In this document: positions 37,544 to 49,407 of the stretch, piece after piece | How positions within the stretch are numbered: the first letter of the stretch is position 1 | How the letters are laid out: every line of letters begins with the position of its first letter | Origin: Eledone cirrhosa | Lineage: Eukaryota | DNA length: 64,000 bases | Direction: 5' to 3' | Assembly (NCBI GenBank): GCA_964016885.1 | Contig: OZ024763.1 | Span: 23,002,001 to 23,066,000 of the forward strand | Translations under genes and position numbers: made by a program | The notes under the pieces: model-generated | What the model saw: only the letters and a program-made list of their open reading frames with translations | What the model was told of the DNA's origin: nothing | Database searches by the model: none

Positions 37544-40500
37544 CTGAGGCAATCTCATACCATCTGGCCTCTGTTAAAACTGGGCGTGAAAATCGGATTA
37601 CCTTCCGAACATACCCAGGCCTACCACCCCATGTACGTCCAAAGCTCCGTTCTGCAGCTTCCTTGAATCGGAACTCAGCACAACATGAAAGTTTTAGTCT
37701 GCGTGATGATGGGCAGATCTGGAGGTTTGTTAAGGCTGGTGAAACATGGAAGAGAGATACCAGCTGGTCTGAGCGTGCTCTACCCACAATAACTGGCAAT
37801 GAAAAAACTGCAACAACTCTGGGAAACTAAACCAGAACAACTCTGGGAAACTAAACCAGAACAACCTGCCACCCTCTACACACCATCATAAACTGCAAGC
37901 AGGGTACAAATTGTTGTCCTTAAATGCTCGCAGTTTATGCAACGAGATACATCTGTTTGACTCCTATGTCAGAAGCATCGACCCTGACTTCATCACAGTC
38001 ACGGAAACATGGGCACATTCCTTACTCTGTGATGGGGTTTTCAGCATTACTGGGTACAACCTTTTCCGCAAGGACCGCATTAATTGCCGAGGTGGTGGTG
38101 TGATGGTCTACGTTCGTTCAAACTTTTCGGTAATTCCTTGCGTTGATTTGAACGAATCACAGTAAGAAGTTTTTTTCTGTGACATACGTATGACCATGTC
38201 AACACTTCTGCTTGGTGTTGTTTATCGCCCCCCAAACTACCATCCGGACACACAGCTTTGCGATATCCTCAGAGTTGCTGCCAAGAAAACAGTCACTTAT
38301 GTGTTTATTGCAGGTGACTTCAATCATCCTGAGATCGATTGGGAAACCTTTCGTTGGCCACAAGGTGCAAACGATTTCCTTGAACTAGTGCTGGACTCAA
38401 ACTGGTCACAAGTAGTCACCTCTCCAACAAGAGGTGACAACACTTTGGACCTGATCTTCACCACTACTCCTGAAGTGATTATCAGTTGTACTACTGAGGA
38501 ACCTCTAGGCGACTCTGATCATGCTATGATCATTGCCAATCTGGCTCTTGTGGGCAGCAACAAAAACCAGAGCCATCTCCAATCTGCTTGCTTTGATTGG
38601 AAGAAAGCAGATTGGAACTTGTACTGCACTGAGCTACAGCGCCCAAACTGGCATGAGATGTATAACTCTGGAGATGTGAACACTATACTCCAGAGCATCC
38701 TGGACTCAATATGGATAGCGTGTGCAGCATCGGTGTAACGTAAGCAGAAAAAAAACCACCCCAAAAGTGCAATTTGGGAAACTTCAGCGGTCCGACTTGC
38801 CAGGAAGGAACGTCGGAACGCTGAACGGGAATATAAACTGCATAAATCAGATGCCAACAGAAAAAAGCGGAATAAATCTTCTAACCATCTCAAGCAAGTG
38901 ACAAAGAAGGCAGTGCCTGAATTTGAACAGTGCATCGCAACCAATCCTGACAGTAAGGTGTTCTGGAAATATGTTCATTCAAAGCAGAGACCTCACTCTC
39001 CAGTTGGTCCTCTTTGCAATCCCCACACAAGCCAGATCACTGACGATCCCAAAGAATGCGCAGAACTCATTGCTGAGTGCTATGCAAGTATTTTTACTGT
39101 TGAAAACCAGAATGTACCATCTCCACCATCTCTTACATCAAATTCCATAAAAACTATGGAATTTACATCTGCAATGTTGCGACGTCACCTTAAGAATAAG
39201 CGCAACTATGCCTCCCCTGGTCTTGATGGTGTGACATACCTGCTTCTCAAACGTGGCGGGTATTTCCTTTTGCGTCAGCTTTCTTTCTTCTTTCAATACT
39301 GTCTCAACAATGGTGCTACTCCGGAGCAGTGGAAAACTGCCAGTGTCATTCCCCTGTTCAAAAAGGGCAACCGCATGTCATCTGTCAACTATCGTCCAGT
39401 CAATCTTACTAGCTGTATTGCCAAACTGATGGAATCCTGTGTCAGAGAAACACTTTGGAACTTCTGGAGCTCTCACAGCCTCATCCGGCCCTCACAGTTT
39501 GGATTTATCCCTAACTCCAGCTGCTGTGATCAGCTTATCGAGTTCCTTGAAGACATCACCCGGATCACTGACAGCGGCTCATGGGTGGATGTTGTTTACC
39601 TTGACTTTGCTAAGGCTTTTAATTCTGTGCCACACAAAAGACTTATGGCAAAACTCTCTGCAATGGGTGTGAGGGATGATCTTTTCGACTGGTTGAAATC
39701 CTTCATTCTCAGCCGAAAAGAGGTAGTCACGGTTCTAGGACAGCATTCTTCACCATATGAGATGTCATCTGGTGTACCACAGGGATCTGTTCTTGGTCCC
39801 CTTTTGTTTGTGGCATATATTAATGACATAGATGCCAACTTACAGAATGCCACGGTACTGAAATATGCAGATGACATCAAGCTGTACCTTGAGATCAAAA
39901 GGACTGATCCTGAAATCTACAACTCTTTCCTACAATCAGACCTGGACACAATGCAGCAATGGATCACAGACTGGCAACTGAAGCTGGCTGTGGACAAGTG
40001 TACCACCATGCATTTTGGGAGTAAAAATCCAGCGTCCACATACTCCCTCCACAACACTGATATCAAGAAGTCCTCTTGTGAACGTGATCTGGGCATTACT
40101 GTCAGCAGCGATTTGCGTTGGACAAAGCATGTCTCTAAGATTGTCAAGAGGGCCGAGGGTGTCTTGGCATCACTCAGCAAGACCTTTGTTAGCCGCTCTC
40201 CAGCCATCTATTTAAAACTGTATACAGCTATGGTACGACCACACTTGGAATTCGCATCATCAGTCTGGAACCCCTATCTTGCTCAGAACATTGACCTCCT
40301 GGAAACTGTTCAGAGATGTGCAACCAAGCGCATACCCTCCATCAGACACCTACCATACTCTGAACGCCATGCTTCCCTGGGCATGGATTCATTGAAGCTC
40401 CGACGTCTGGCAATGAACTTGGTAAATACCCACAAAGTTATTAACCATCTCGCCAATTGCAACCCTGAGCACCTTTTTGATCTCCATGTGTCTAACACGT

Positions 40501-40840
40501 GGACATGCCTACAAAATCAGAAAACAGCACAGCTCCCATGACTTTCGTAAACATTTTTTCACGCTCAGAGTTGCTGAAGCATGGAACAAACTACCTGCGT
40601 CAGTTGTTAGCTGCCGAGACACTGCATCCTTTAAGACACTCATGCTTCCCGAAATACGCCAAAACTACACCTAATGTACTCCTTCCATACACATGCACAC
40701 ATGAGTGTATCATGACTCATGCACTGTTCATTTTCCTGACGTTTGTACATTACCCTATGTACTATACATACACTTTTTGATGAGTTGTAGTGCACCTGAG
40801 CACTGTACACAATATTTCATTATTATTATTATTATTATTA
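37544..40840 (+). mobile_element. CR1-group LINE (complete decayed ORF2, 3' UTR, (TAT)n tail)
   Basis: LNARSL, VTETW, YRPP, GDFN, LDL, SDH, YRPVNLTS, DFAKAF, GVPQGSVLGP, YADD, WNKLP; stops at about 38165 and 38738, frameshift near 40500. Confidence 0.95.
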
Positions 40841-41346
40841 TACATTATAATATCTCATAACATTTACATTACTCTATATATACTATTGTATTTTCATGGT
40901 AAAGGCTTTACCTCACATAATATCTCACATAACATTTACATTACTCTATATATACTATTGCATTTTCACAGTAAAGGCTTTACCTCACATAATATCTCAC
41001 ATAACATTTACATTACTCTATATATACTATTGTATTTTCATGGTAAATGCTTTACCTCACATAATATCGTATCTATGAGATTTTGATATCATATATTTTG
41101 AGAATTATACCTTAACATCAGTATGAGTAACCGGTTACAGCCGGTTCGAGCAGAAAGAGGTGAAAGAATTCTGGCCGGTTTAAATGTTAAAGGATTAAAG
41201 AATGGGGATTCTTTGAAAAAACTTTGAGAAAAATATACAGAGGGATACAAAAGCAGGCACTCCTTATTTTTCAAGGTTCAATTATGTTAAGCAGACAAAA
41301 GGTTTTTCATTAACTGGAGGTATAGAACTGTTTCATTGGAAGGAAA

Positions 41347-42090
41347 TCATCATCATCACCATTTTACGTCCGTTCTTCCATGCTAGCATGGGTTAGACGG
41401 GTTGTCCTGTTGTGGGCAGTGTCTGGTCGGCTGACCATGCCTTACTCATACAGGAACTGATTTTGGCTTGATTTCTACAGCTGGATGCCCTTCCTAACAC
41501 CAACCTCATTTACAGTGAGTGCTGGGTGCTTTTTTCCGTGGCGCCTACACGTCCACTTTACAGTGTGGGCTGGGTGCTTTTTTGCCGTGGCACCTCCATG
41601 ACCACCTTGCAGTGGGAGGGTGTGGTGGCATGTTGTCTATATGCTTCAGCTTGTACCCATGGGAGGTCTGTATTACTGCGTGACGCCAGAGGTCACGGTA
41701 GTGTCATCGCCTTTGAGAGGTGTAATTGGGTAAGGTCGGCTTTTATCACCTCATCCCAGGTCTTCTTGGGTCTCCCCACTCTGCGGTATGCATTGACTTC
41801 TAGTGCTCTGCACCTTTTTATGCAGCTGTCATCCTTCATACGCATCACATGTCCATACCAACGCAACCGCCTCTCCTGCACACAGCATTTGATTCCTCTT
41901 ATGCTCAGTCTCTCTCTCAATTCCTTTATGCTTTGTCGTTCGCGTATATTACTATTACACATCCATCGGAGCATGCAGGCTTCGTTTCTTTCTAATCTAC
42001 GTAAGTCTTCCACCTTCAGCGCCCAGGTCTCACTACCATGTAACATTGCTGTTCGGATACACGCATCATACAGTCTGCCTTTCATTTTTA
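41347..42090 (-). mobile_element. RTE LINE 3' fragment, near-identical to 46660-47421
   Basis: MKGRLYDACIRTAMLHGSETW...RLRWYGHV; shared 3' UTR and (GAT)n tail. Confidence 0.92.
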
Positions 42091-42102
42091 TTATATATAT
42101 AT

Positions 42103-42298
42103 AACGAAGGAGTTGTGGTAAGGAACCAGATGGACCATAACGCACCAGAGTACTCAATACTTAGGCTAGTAGAGTGGGTAATAGGTAAAAGTAAGCCCTG
42201 ACGGCAGAGCTCAAGCCGTTTCGACGGCTATTTCAGTCCAGAAATAGCCATCGAAATGGCTTGAGCTCTGCCGTCAGGGTCTTACTTTTTCCTATTAC
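42103..42298 (-). mobile_element. Penelope-like pLTR fold-back insertion (family A)
   Basis: Arms 42178-42234 / 42241-42298; matches 10245-10462. Confidence 0.8.
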
Positions 42299-42591
42299 AT
42301 ATACACCCACCCACACACACACACACACATACATAATACATGATGGCTGCCCCCTCGTTATCGAGTATGGCCATTGCACGAGGAGAAAAAAAAATAATAA
42401 TAAATAAATAAAAAAGAAAATAAAAAAATATATATATATATATACACATATACATATACATACATACACACACACATACATTAATAACAATAATAATAAT
42501 AATAATAATAATAACAACAATAATAATAACGACAACAACAATAATATACATACATATATACACATACACGCACACACATAAACATATCTAT

Positions 42592-45515
42592 ACACACACA
42601 CACACGATAGCAACTAACAGCGCTGCGATCGAATGTGGCTTTTTAGCCCAGCCAATGATCTAAAATGTCTTGCACAGAGTCGGTAACCAAAACATTCACT
42701 GGGAATAGTCGGCTGTGGTTGGAGTTTGTGTACTTTTGCATGTCGCTTGAGCCCTCCTGCTGATTTACATTCTCTACCACATGTTTGGCAAGCATGATGA
42801 GTAGCATCTCCAACAGCAGCCTGGTAGTCAACCACTGGTCTTACTTTATGACTGCGAAGATGACTTTCGAGTCCAGCTTTGCTTAGGCAGAGTCTCGCAC
42901 AGACGCTGCATGTCAGCATCATAGGAGGACCCTCGCCGTCTGGAAGTGCAACAGCAATGCTCTTCCTCACATCCCGCTTTACTTTCTCGTATGCGATTCG
43001 AGATGCCTCAAAGGCAACTTTTCCCTCATATACAGTCTTTCTCCATTTATTACGATCAGCAGCAATATTTTCCCATGTATCAGCAGAGATGTTAGCGTCT
43101 TTCAAAGAGGCTTTCAAGGAATCCTTATACCTCTTTTTTGGTTTATGTGGCGGTCGTTTTCCTTTAACCAACTCTCCATAAAAGAGTTGTTTTGGTATTC
43201 TAGAATCCTTCATCCTGGCAAGGTGACCACTCCAACGGAGTCGTTGCTTAAGCACAAGAGCTTCTATACTGTCACACATAGAGCTTTCCAAAATCTCGAC
43301 ATCACTGATGTGGTCCCTCCAGTGAACGCCATGGATCCATCTGAGACACATCTGATGGAAACACTCCAATTGCTTAAGGTGGTGTCGATATGTGACCCAG
43401 GTCTCGCAGGCATAAAGAAGACAAGAGAGCACACATGCCTTGTATACCTTTACCATTGTCCTCCTGCATATGTCTCGCCGACCCCAGAGTTGCCTTTCTA
43501 GCTTTCCGAAAGCATCACTTGCTTTCCTAATCCTAAGTGAGATTTCACTGTCAAGGTTGCTGTATCGATTGACACTGCTTCCCAGGTAGACAAACTGATC
43601 AACCACTCTAAGTCGTTTACCATACACATAGATATTTGGTTCAGTGTTCTGCTTACCAGGGGCAGGATGGTACATGACGACGGTTTTCTTGAGACTGACA
43701 GTCAATCCTAGAGCATTCAAATGCAAGCGTCAGAAAATGCATTCAAAATGTGCGCTACAAGATCGCAATCATCTGCATACAAGAGGTCTCTTATGATTGA
43801 TGTAAATACTTTTGTCTTTGCAGCAAAGCGCCTGATGTTAAATATGCTGCCTGAGGTTCGATATCGGATGTAAACACCATGCTCGCAATTCCTGAATGCA
43901 ATACAGAAAACCATTGCAAAGTATATGGCAAACAGGGTCGGTGCTGGAATATCCCTCTGTTTCACTCCATTTTTTACTGAGATAGGCTCCGACATGTTAC
44001 CTCTGACATTAACCCAAGCCTTCATGTCATCATGGAAAGACCTAACTAAAGCAAGGAACTTATCAGGGCAACCAAGTTTCTGGAGAACCTTCCATAATGC
44101 ATCTCTGTTAACAGTATCGAAAGCTTTTGTCAGATCGACAAAAACCTGATACAGATCCAAGCCTTGTTCCATGCACTTCTCCTGGAGCTGTCTAGCTGAG
44201 AAGATCATATCAGTAGTGCCGCGTCCAGCACGAAAACCAGATTGACTTTCAAGAAGAACACAATCTGCAATGTGTGTCAGCAGACGGTCCAGAAGCACCC
44301 TACATAAAACTTTCCCTACGACAGAAAGCAATGATATACCTCTGTAGTTCCCACAATCATTCCTGTTACCCTTTCCCTTGTACAAGACCACCATTACTTC
44401 ATCTCTCCAGTCCTCAGGTACGGATTCATTAGCCCATATCCTGCCAAACAAAGAGTGAAGATGTTGCAGGAGTCTCTCACCACCATATTGTAGGAGCTCA
44501 GCATGTATGCCATCCATACCTGGAGATCTTCCACTGTTCAGCTTCGAAATAGCCACTGCAACCTCCACAAGCGTCGGAGGTTCTGCGAGAGCTACTTTCA
44601 CAGGACTTTCTGGAATGAGATTGAGGAAATCTTCACTGACGACAGAGGGCTGATTCAAAAGATCATCAAAGTGCTCTCGCCACCTTCGTAGAATTCCTTG
44701 TGAGTCACAAAGAACTTCTTTGCCATCCTTGCTGCGAAGCGGTGTCACCAGAGAAGAAGACGGTCCATAAACCTCACGCAAGAGACTGTATAACAGCTTT
44801 GTGTTATTGGAATCTGACGCAGTTTGTATCTCACCAGCCTTCTCACTCCACCACTGATCCTTCATTTGAGAAAGACTCCGCCTAACACGTGATTTTACAT
44901 CCTTGAGTTCCTCATGCAACATATTCCTCTCCTGTGGTTTTGCCGTCAAGTAGCATGACGAGCACGCCTCTTATCAGCCAACAAGTCTTCTATATGTACA
45001 TCATTCTCATTAAACCAGTCCTGATGTTTTCTCTGCACCAATCCCAGAACACGCCTGCCTACATCATAAACAGACTTTTTAAGGGTCGGCCAATCCTCAC
45101 CAAGATCTGCAGCCTGCATCTCTTCTTCCAATGTCCTCTTCACATTTTTATCCTTAAGACAAGCAGCATTCAATCTTTTGGGCAGGGCAACACCAGGAGC
45201 CCGGATTTTACGTTTAGTGATTAGTTTCACTTTTGCGCGTACCAGGCGGTGGTCCGTCCAGCACTCAGCTCCACGAAGAGCACGAACACACTGCACATCC
45301 TGTCTGTCACGCATCCTGACTAGGACGTAGTCCAAAAGATGCCATTCCTTAGATGCAGGATGCATCCATGTGGTCTTGAATTTGTTCTTTTGTTGGAACA
45401 TGGTGTTGGTAACACACAGATCCAGCTCCTCACACATCTGCAGCAGGAGCATACCATTGTTGTTACACTTTCCCACCCCATGCCTTCCGATTACATTCCA
45501 TGTGTTAAAATCCCA
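42592..45515 (-). mobile_element. RTE-clade LINE (second lineage), 5'-truncated, two frameshifts, three C-terminal C2H2 fingers, (GT)n tail
   Basis: ORFs 44946-45476 (LDY, TDH), 43717-44949 (YRGISLLS, DLTKAFD, YADD), 42614-43726 (RLRWSGH; CxxC-x12-HxxxH repeats). Confidence 0.93.
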
Positions 45516-45531
45516 ATATTTTCATTTATAT

Positions 45532-47421
45532 ATGCTGAAGGCATCTGGGTCTGTAGGTCACACTATAACCACACGTATCGTTAACCAGGTAATACTAGAA
45601 GGGGCCATACCAAAAGATTGGTGCAGTAGCATCATTGTCAACTGCTACAAAGGTAAAGGCGATGCACTAGATAGAGGAAACTATAGAGGTATAAAGTTGA
45701 TGGACCAGGTCATGAAAGTAACAGAAAGAGTTATAGCACAGCTGATTAGGGACCGGGTGAATATAGACGAGATGCAATTTGGGTTTGTACCAGGGAGAGG
45801 CACCACTGATGCCCTCTTCCTTGTGAGGCAATTACAGGAAAAGTACCTAGCTAAAAGTAAGCCACTCTACTTGGCATTTGTCAACCTTGAGAAAGCCTTT
45901 GACAGAGTTCCACGTGCGGTAATCTGGTGGGCTATAAGAAAACTAGGAGTAGATGAATGGCTTGTGAAAGCGGTACAAGCCATGTATAGGGGAGCAGTCA
46001 GCAAAGTTAGGATTAGCAATGAGTATAGCGAGGAATTTAGCGTACAGGTTGGGGTCCACCAGGGCTCTGTTCTTAGCCCTCTCCTGTTCATCATAGTCCT
46101 GCAGGCAATAACGGAGGAGTTTAAGACCGGATGCCCATGGGAACTCCTGTATGCTGATGACCTCGCACTCATAGCTGAATCTATGGTAGAACTAGAGAAT
46201 AAATTCCAAACCTGGAAGCAGGGACTAGAGAGAAAGGGCCTCAAAGTCAACATGACAAAGACTAAGGTCCTTGTAAGTAGACGAGAAAACAGAACCCAGA
46301 TCCCCTCAGGGAAATGGCCTTGCTCAGTATGTAGGAAAGGTGTAGGTAGGAACTCCATTCTCTGCCCCAAATGCAAACAATGGGTACACAAGAGATGTAG
46401 CGGGATCTCAGGAAGCTTAATTAAGAATGTAGGATTCACATGCAGCAGCTGTGCTGAAACAGCAAGCAAACAGCCACAGGAAACAAGTACCACCAATCTC
46501 TGGGAGGGCCCTGTAGAAACAGTAGACAGCTTCTGCTACCTAGGTGACCGAATTAGCAACAGAGGTGGGTGCTCAGAAAGTACAATAACTAGGGTAAGAA
46601 CGGGATGGAAGAAGTTTAGGGAACTACTACCACTGCTAGCTGCAAAAGGCTTCTCCCTCAGAATGAAAGGCAGACTGTATGATGCGTGTATCCGAACAGC
46701 GATGTTGCATGGTAGTGAGACCTGGGCGCTGAAGGTGGAAGACTTACGTAGATTAGAGAGAAACGAAGCCTGCATGCTCCGATGGATGTGTAACAGTAAT
46801 ATACGTGAACGACAAAGCATAAAGGAATTGAGAGAGAGACTGAGCATAAGAGGAATCAAATGCTGCGTGCAGGAGAGGCGGTTACGCTGGTATGGACATG
46901 TGATGCGTATGAAGGATGACAGCTGCATAAAAAGGTGCAGAGCACTAGACGTCGATGGAAACCGTGGAGTGGGGAGACCCAAGATGACTTGGGATGAGGT
47001 GATAAAAGCCGACCTTACCCAACTACACCTCTCAAAGACAATGACACACGACCGTGACTTCTGGCGTCACGCAGTAATACAGGGTACCCGACCTCCCATG
47101 GGTACATGCTGAAGCATATAAACAATATGCCCCCACTCCCCCCCACCGCAAGTTGGTCGTGGAGGTGCCACGGCAAAAAAGCACCCAGCCCACACTGTAA
47201 AGTGGACGTGTAGGCGCCACGAAAAAGCACCCAGCACTCACTGTAAATGAGGTTGGTGTTAGGAAGGGCATCCAGCTGTAGAAATCAAGCCAGATCAGTT
47301 CCTGTATGAGCAAGGCATGGTCAGCCGACCAGACACTGCCCACAACAGGACAACCCGTCTAACCCATGCTAGCGTGGAAGAACGGACGTAAAACGGTGAT
47401 GATGATGATGATGATGATGAT
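45532..47421 (+). mobile_element. 5'-truncated RTE LINE (PHD-containing lineage)
   Basis: NYRGIKL, GVHQGSVLSP, YADD, C4HC3 finger, (GAT)n tail. The first ~55 aa of ORF 45370 are antisense read-through of the neighbouring element. Confidence 0.93.
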
Positions 47422-47431
47422 ACATATATAC

Positions 47432-47511
<80 letters not shown>

Positions 47512-47691
47512 ATATATATATAGGTTTTGTCTTAATAACTTTGTGGTTTTTGAATTTGCCACCGACGCAGAGGCAGTGATTTTCTCAATGGCTAGGAATT
47601 CAGTCCACGCTTTGCTATTTTCTATCCACTGAATTATTTTTTAATAAATTTCCAGTGTCCATGCTTTGCCTGGATACTTAGATGAGAATAG

Positions 47692-47773
47692 ACTTCCCTG
47701 ACGACGGAATGCTTCTCTGTATCTTCTTCGGAAAATATATTTATTCCATTCCAGAAACTAATTAGTTGGAAGT
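47692..47773 (+). ncRNA. Type I hammerhead ribozyme
   Basis: Stem I acttcc/ggaagt; CTGACGA; stem II ggaatg/cattcc; GAAA 47754-47757; palindromic stem III actaattagt; GUU site. Confidence 0.8.
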
Positions 47774-48213
47774 GATATTTTAGTAAGTAAGTTAATTCTA
47801 TAATTTTCTTATTTTACGTGTCTCATATTATTGTTCTGCAACCCCATGCATTGAACCACAAAGTTACTAAGACAAGACCTATATATTTGATAGCATTGAT
47901 ATGCATCTGTATGTATATATATGTTACTAGATATTAATTCTTTATAATTATCTCCAAATTATTTGTCGAGCAATATTGGCCATGACTGCTGCTATGGTAG
48001 CAGGCAGGCCGCTGTCTTATTAGCAAACCACTTTCCACTGATTGACCTCGATGTCACGTGATTGATTCTTTTTGAATTTGCCACCGACGCAGAGGCAGGG
48101 ATTTTCTCAATGGCTAGGAATTCAGTCCACGCTTTGCTATTTTCTATCCACTGAATTATTTTTTAATAAGTTTCCAGTGTCCACGCTTTGCCTGGATACT
48201 TAGATGAGAATAG

Positions 48214-48295
48214 ACTTCCCTGACGACGGAATGCTTCTCTGTATCTTCTTCGGAAAATATATTTATTCCATTCCAGAAACTAATTAGTTGGAAGT
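48214..48295 (+). ncRNA. Type I hammerhead ribozyme (second tandem copy)
   Basis: Same sequence as 47692-47773, offset 522. Confidence 0.8.
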
Positions 48296-48345
48296 GATAT
48301 TTTAGTAAGTAAGTTAATTTTATAATTTTCTTATTTTACGTCTCT

Positions 48346-48395
<50 letters not shown>

Positions 48396-48521
48396 CATAC
48401 ACATACAAAGATCGGAATTAAGAGTATTCCGCAGTTCACTGTAATAATAATAATAGTATTAGCTCAAAGAAGAATAGAGAATTTCCTTCTGAGCTCAAAT
48501 GCAAATATATTACACAAAGAG

Positions 48522-48611
48522 AAGTGTGTTACACAGTGAGATATGTGTAAAGAATTATTATAAGTGAGTTTTACCGTTATAATTCTTTACACACATCTCA
48601 CTGTGTAACAC

Positions 48612-48615
<4 letters not shown>
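48522..48615. repeat. Fold-back inverted repeat (about 37-bp arms) at the end of a (TA)-flanked insert
   Basis: aagtgtgttacacagtgagatatgtgtaaagaattat / ataattctttacacacatctcactgtgtaacacactt. Confidence 0.85.
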
Positions 48616-48646
<31 letters not shown>

Positions 48647-49101
48647 AAGCCTCCAGCCCACATGCCAATAAACACTAACAGGCCATAATTCTCCAATAAA
48701 TACTAACAGGCCATATTTCTTCAATAAATACTCATACACAGCTGCTGGCTCTAACAGTCTTGCAGTCTCAGAAGACCTATAAACAGATAAATGGATATAT
48801 CTTAATATCTAAATAGCCCCCACAAGAGGTATATTAATATCATCATCATTACCATCATCTGACATCTGCTTTCCTGGCTGGCAACATGTATGTCTGTGAT
48901 AGACACGCACACAAACATGTATATGTGTGTGAATGTATGCATGAGCATATTATATATATATATATAAGTAGAAGGGATATTTAATTTGTTGGAAATCCGG
49001 CAAATATAAATGTTTATAACTGATTTAGAGCACTCGACAAGTTTCTGGAATAAATATTCAATGATATTAAATAAATGAAACTATATTTATAAAACCATAT
49101 T

Positions 49102-49164
49102 TATTTTATTATATATATTTCAAGGGTACCAAAACACTTTGGTACACTTTCCTCAGATAAAATA
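49102..49164 (-). ncRNA. Type I hammerhead (left arm of fold-back 49059-49223 / 49239-49404)
   Basis: Reverse complement of 49298-49360. Confidence 0.8.
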
Positions 49165-49297
49165 CAAAGTTTGTTTTATAAATAGAGGCATACCCAGGAA
49201 AATCATACCTTATCAGTTGAATATTCTCTGGATAGTAGTATCCAACTGATAAGGTATGATTTTCCTGGGTATGTCTCTATTTATAAAACAAACTTTG

Positions 49298-49360
49298 TAT
49301 TTTATCTGAGGAAAGTGTACCAAAGTGTTTTGGTACCCTTGAAATATATATAATAAAATA
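49298..49360 (+). ncRNA. Type I hammerhead (right arm)
   Basis: Stem I tattttat/ataaaata; CTGAGGA 49306-49312; stem II aag-t-gtaccaaa/tttggtac-c-ctt; GAAA 49341-49344; palindromic atatatat stem III; AUA site. Confidence 0.8.
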
Positions 49361-49407
49361 AATATGGTTTTATAAATATAGTTTCCATTTATTTAATATC
49401 ATTGTAT

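Larger units (their letters stand above)
31440..41194 (-). mobile_element. piggyBac-type MITE copy 2, containing a 72-bp repeat array and two nested LINEs
   Basis: TTAA (31436-31439), ccctttagtattta ... taaatgttaaagga, TTAA (41195-41198); 41060-41194 is the reverse complement of copy-1 sequence. Confidence 0.85.
47547..48348 (+). mobile_element. Tandem pLTR/retrozyme-like direct repeat (47547-47828 and 48068-48348) preceded by an inverted tail copy (47519-47548 vs 47853-47883)
   Basis: About 280-bp near-identical direct repeats, each holding a hammerhead; (TA)n flanks. Confidence 0.85.

Noticed and set aside
45370-45531. Novel N-terminal extension on the 580-aa RTE ORF
   Set aside because: It is the antisense of the adjacent minus-strand RTE endonuclease; a chance in-frame junction.
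47698-47745. Alternative hammerhead fold using the first GAAA (47731)
   Set aside because: No stem I partner; the GAAA at 47754 gives full pairing.
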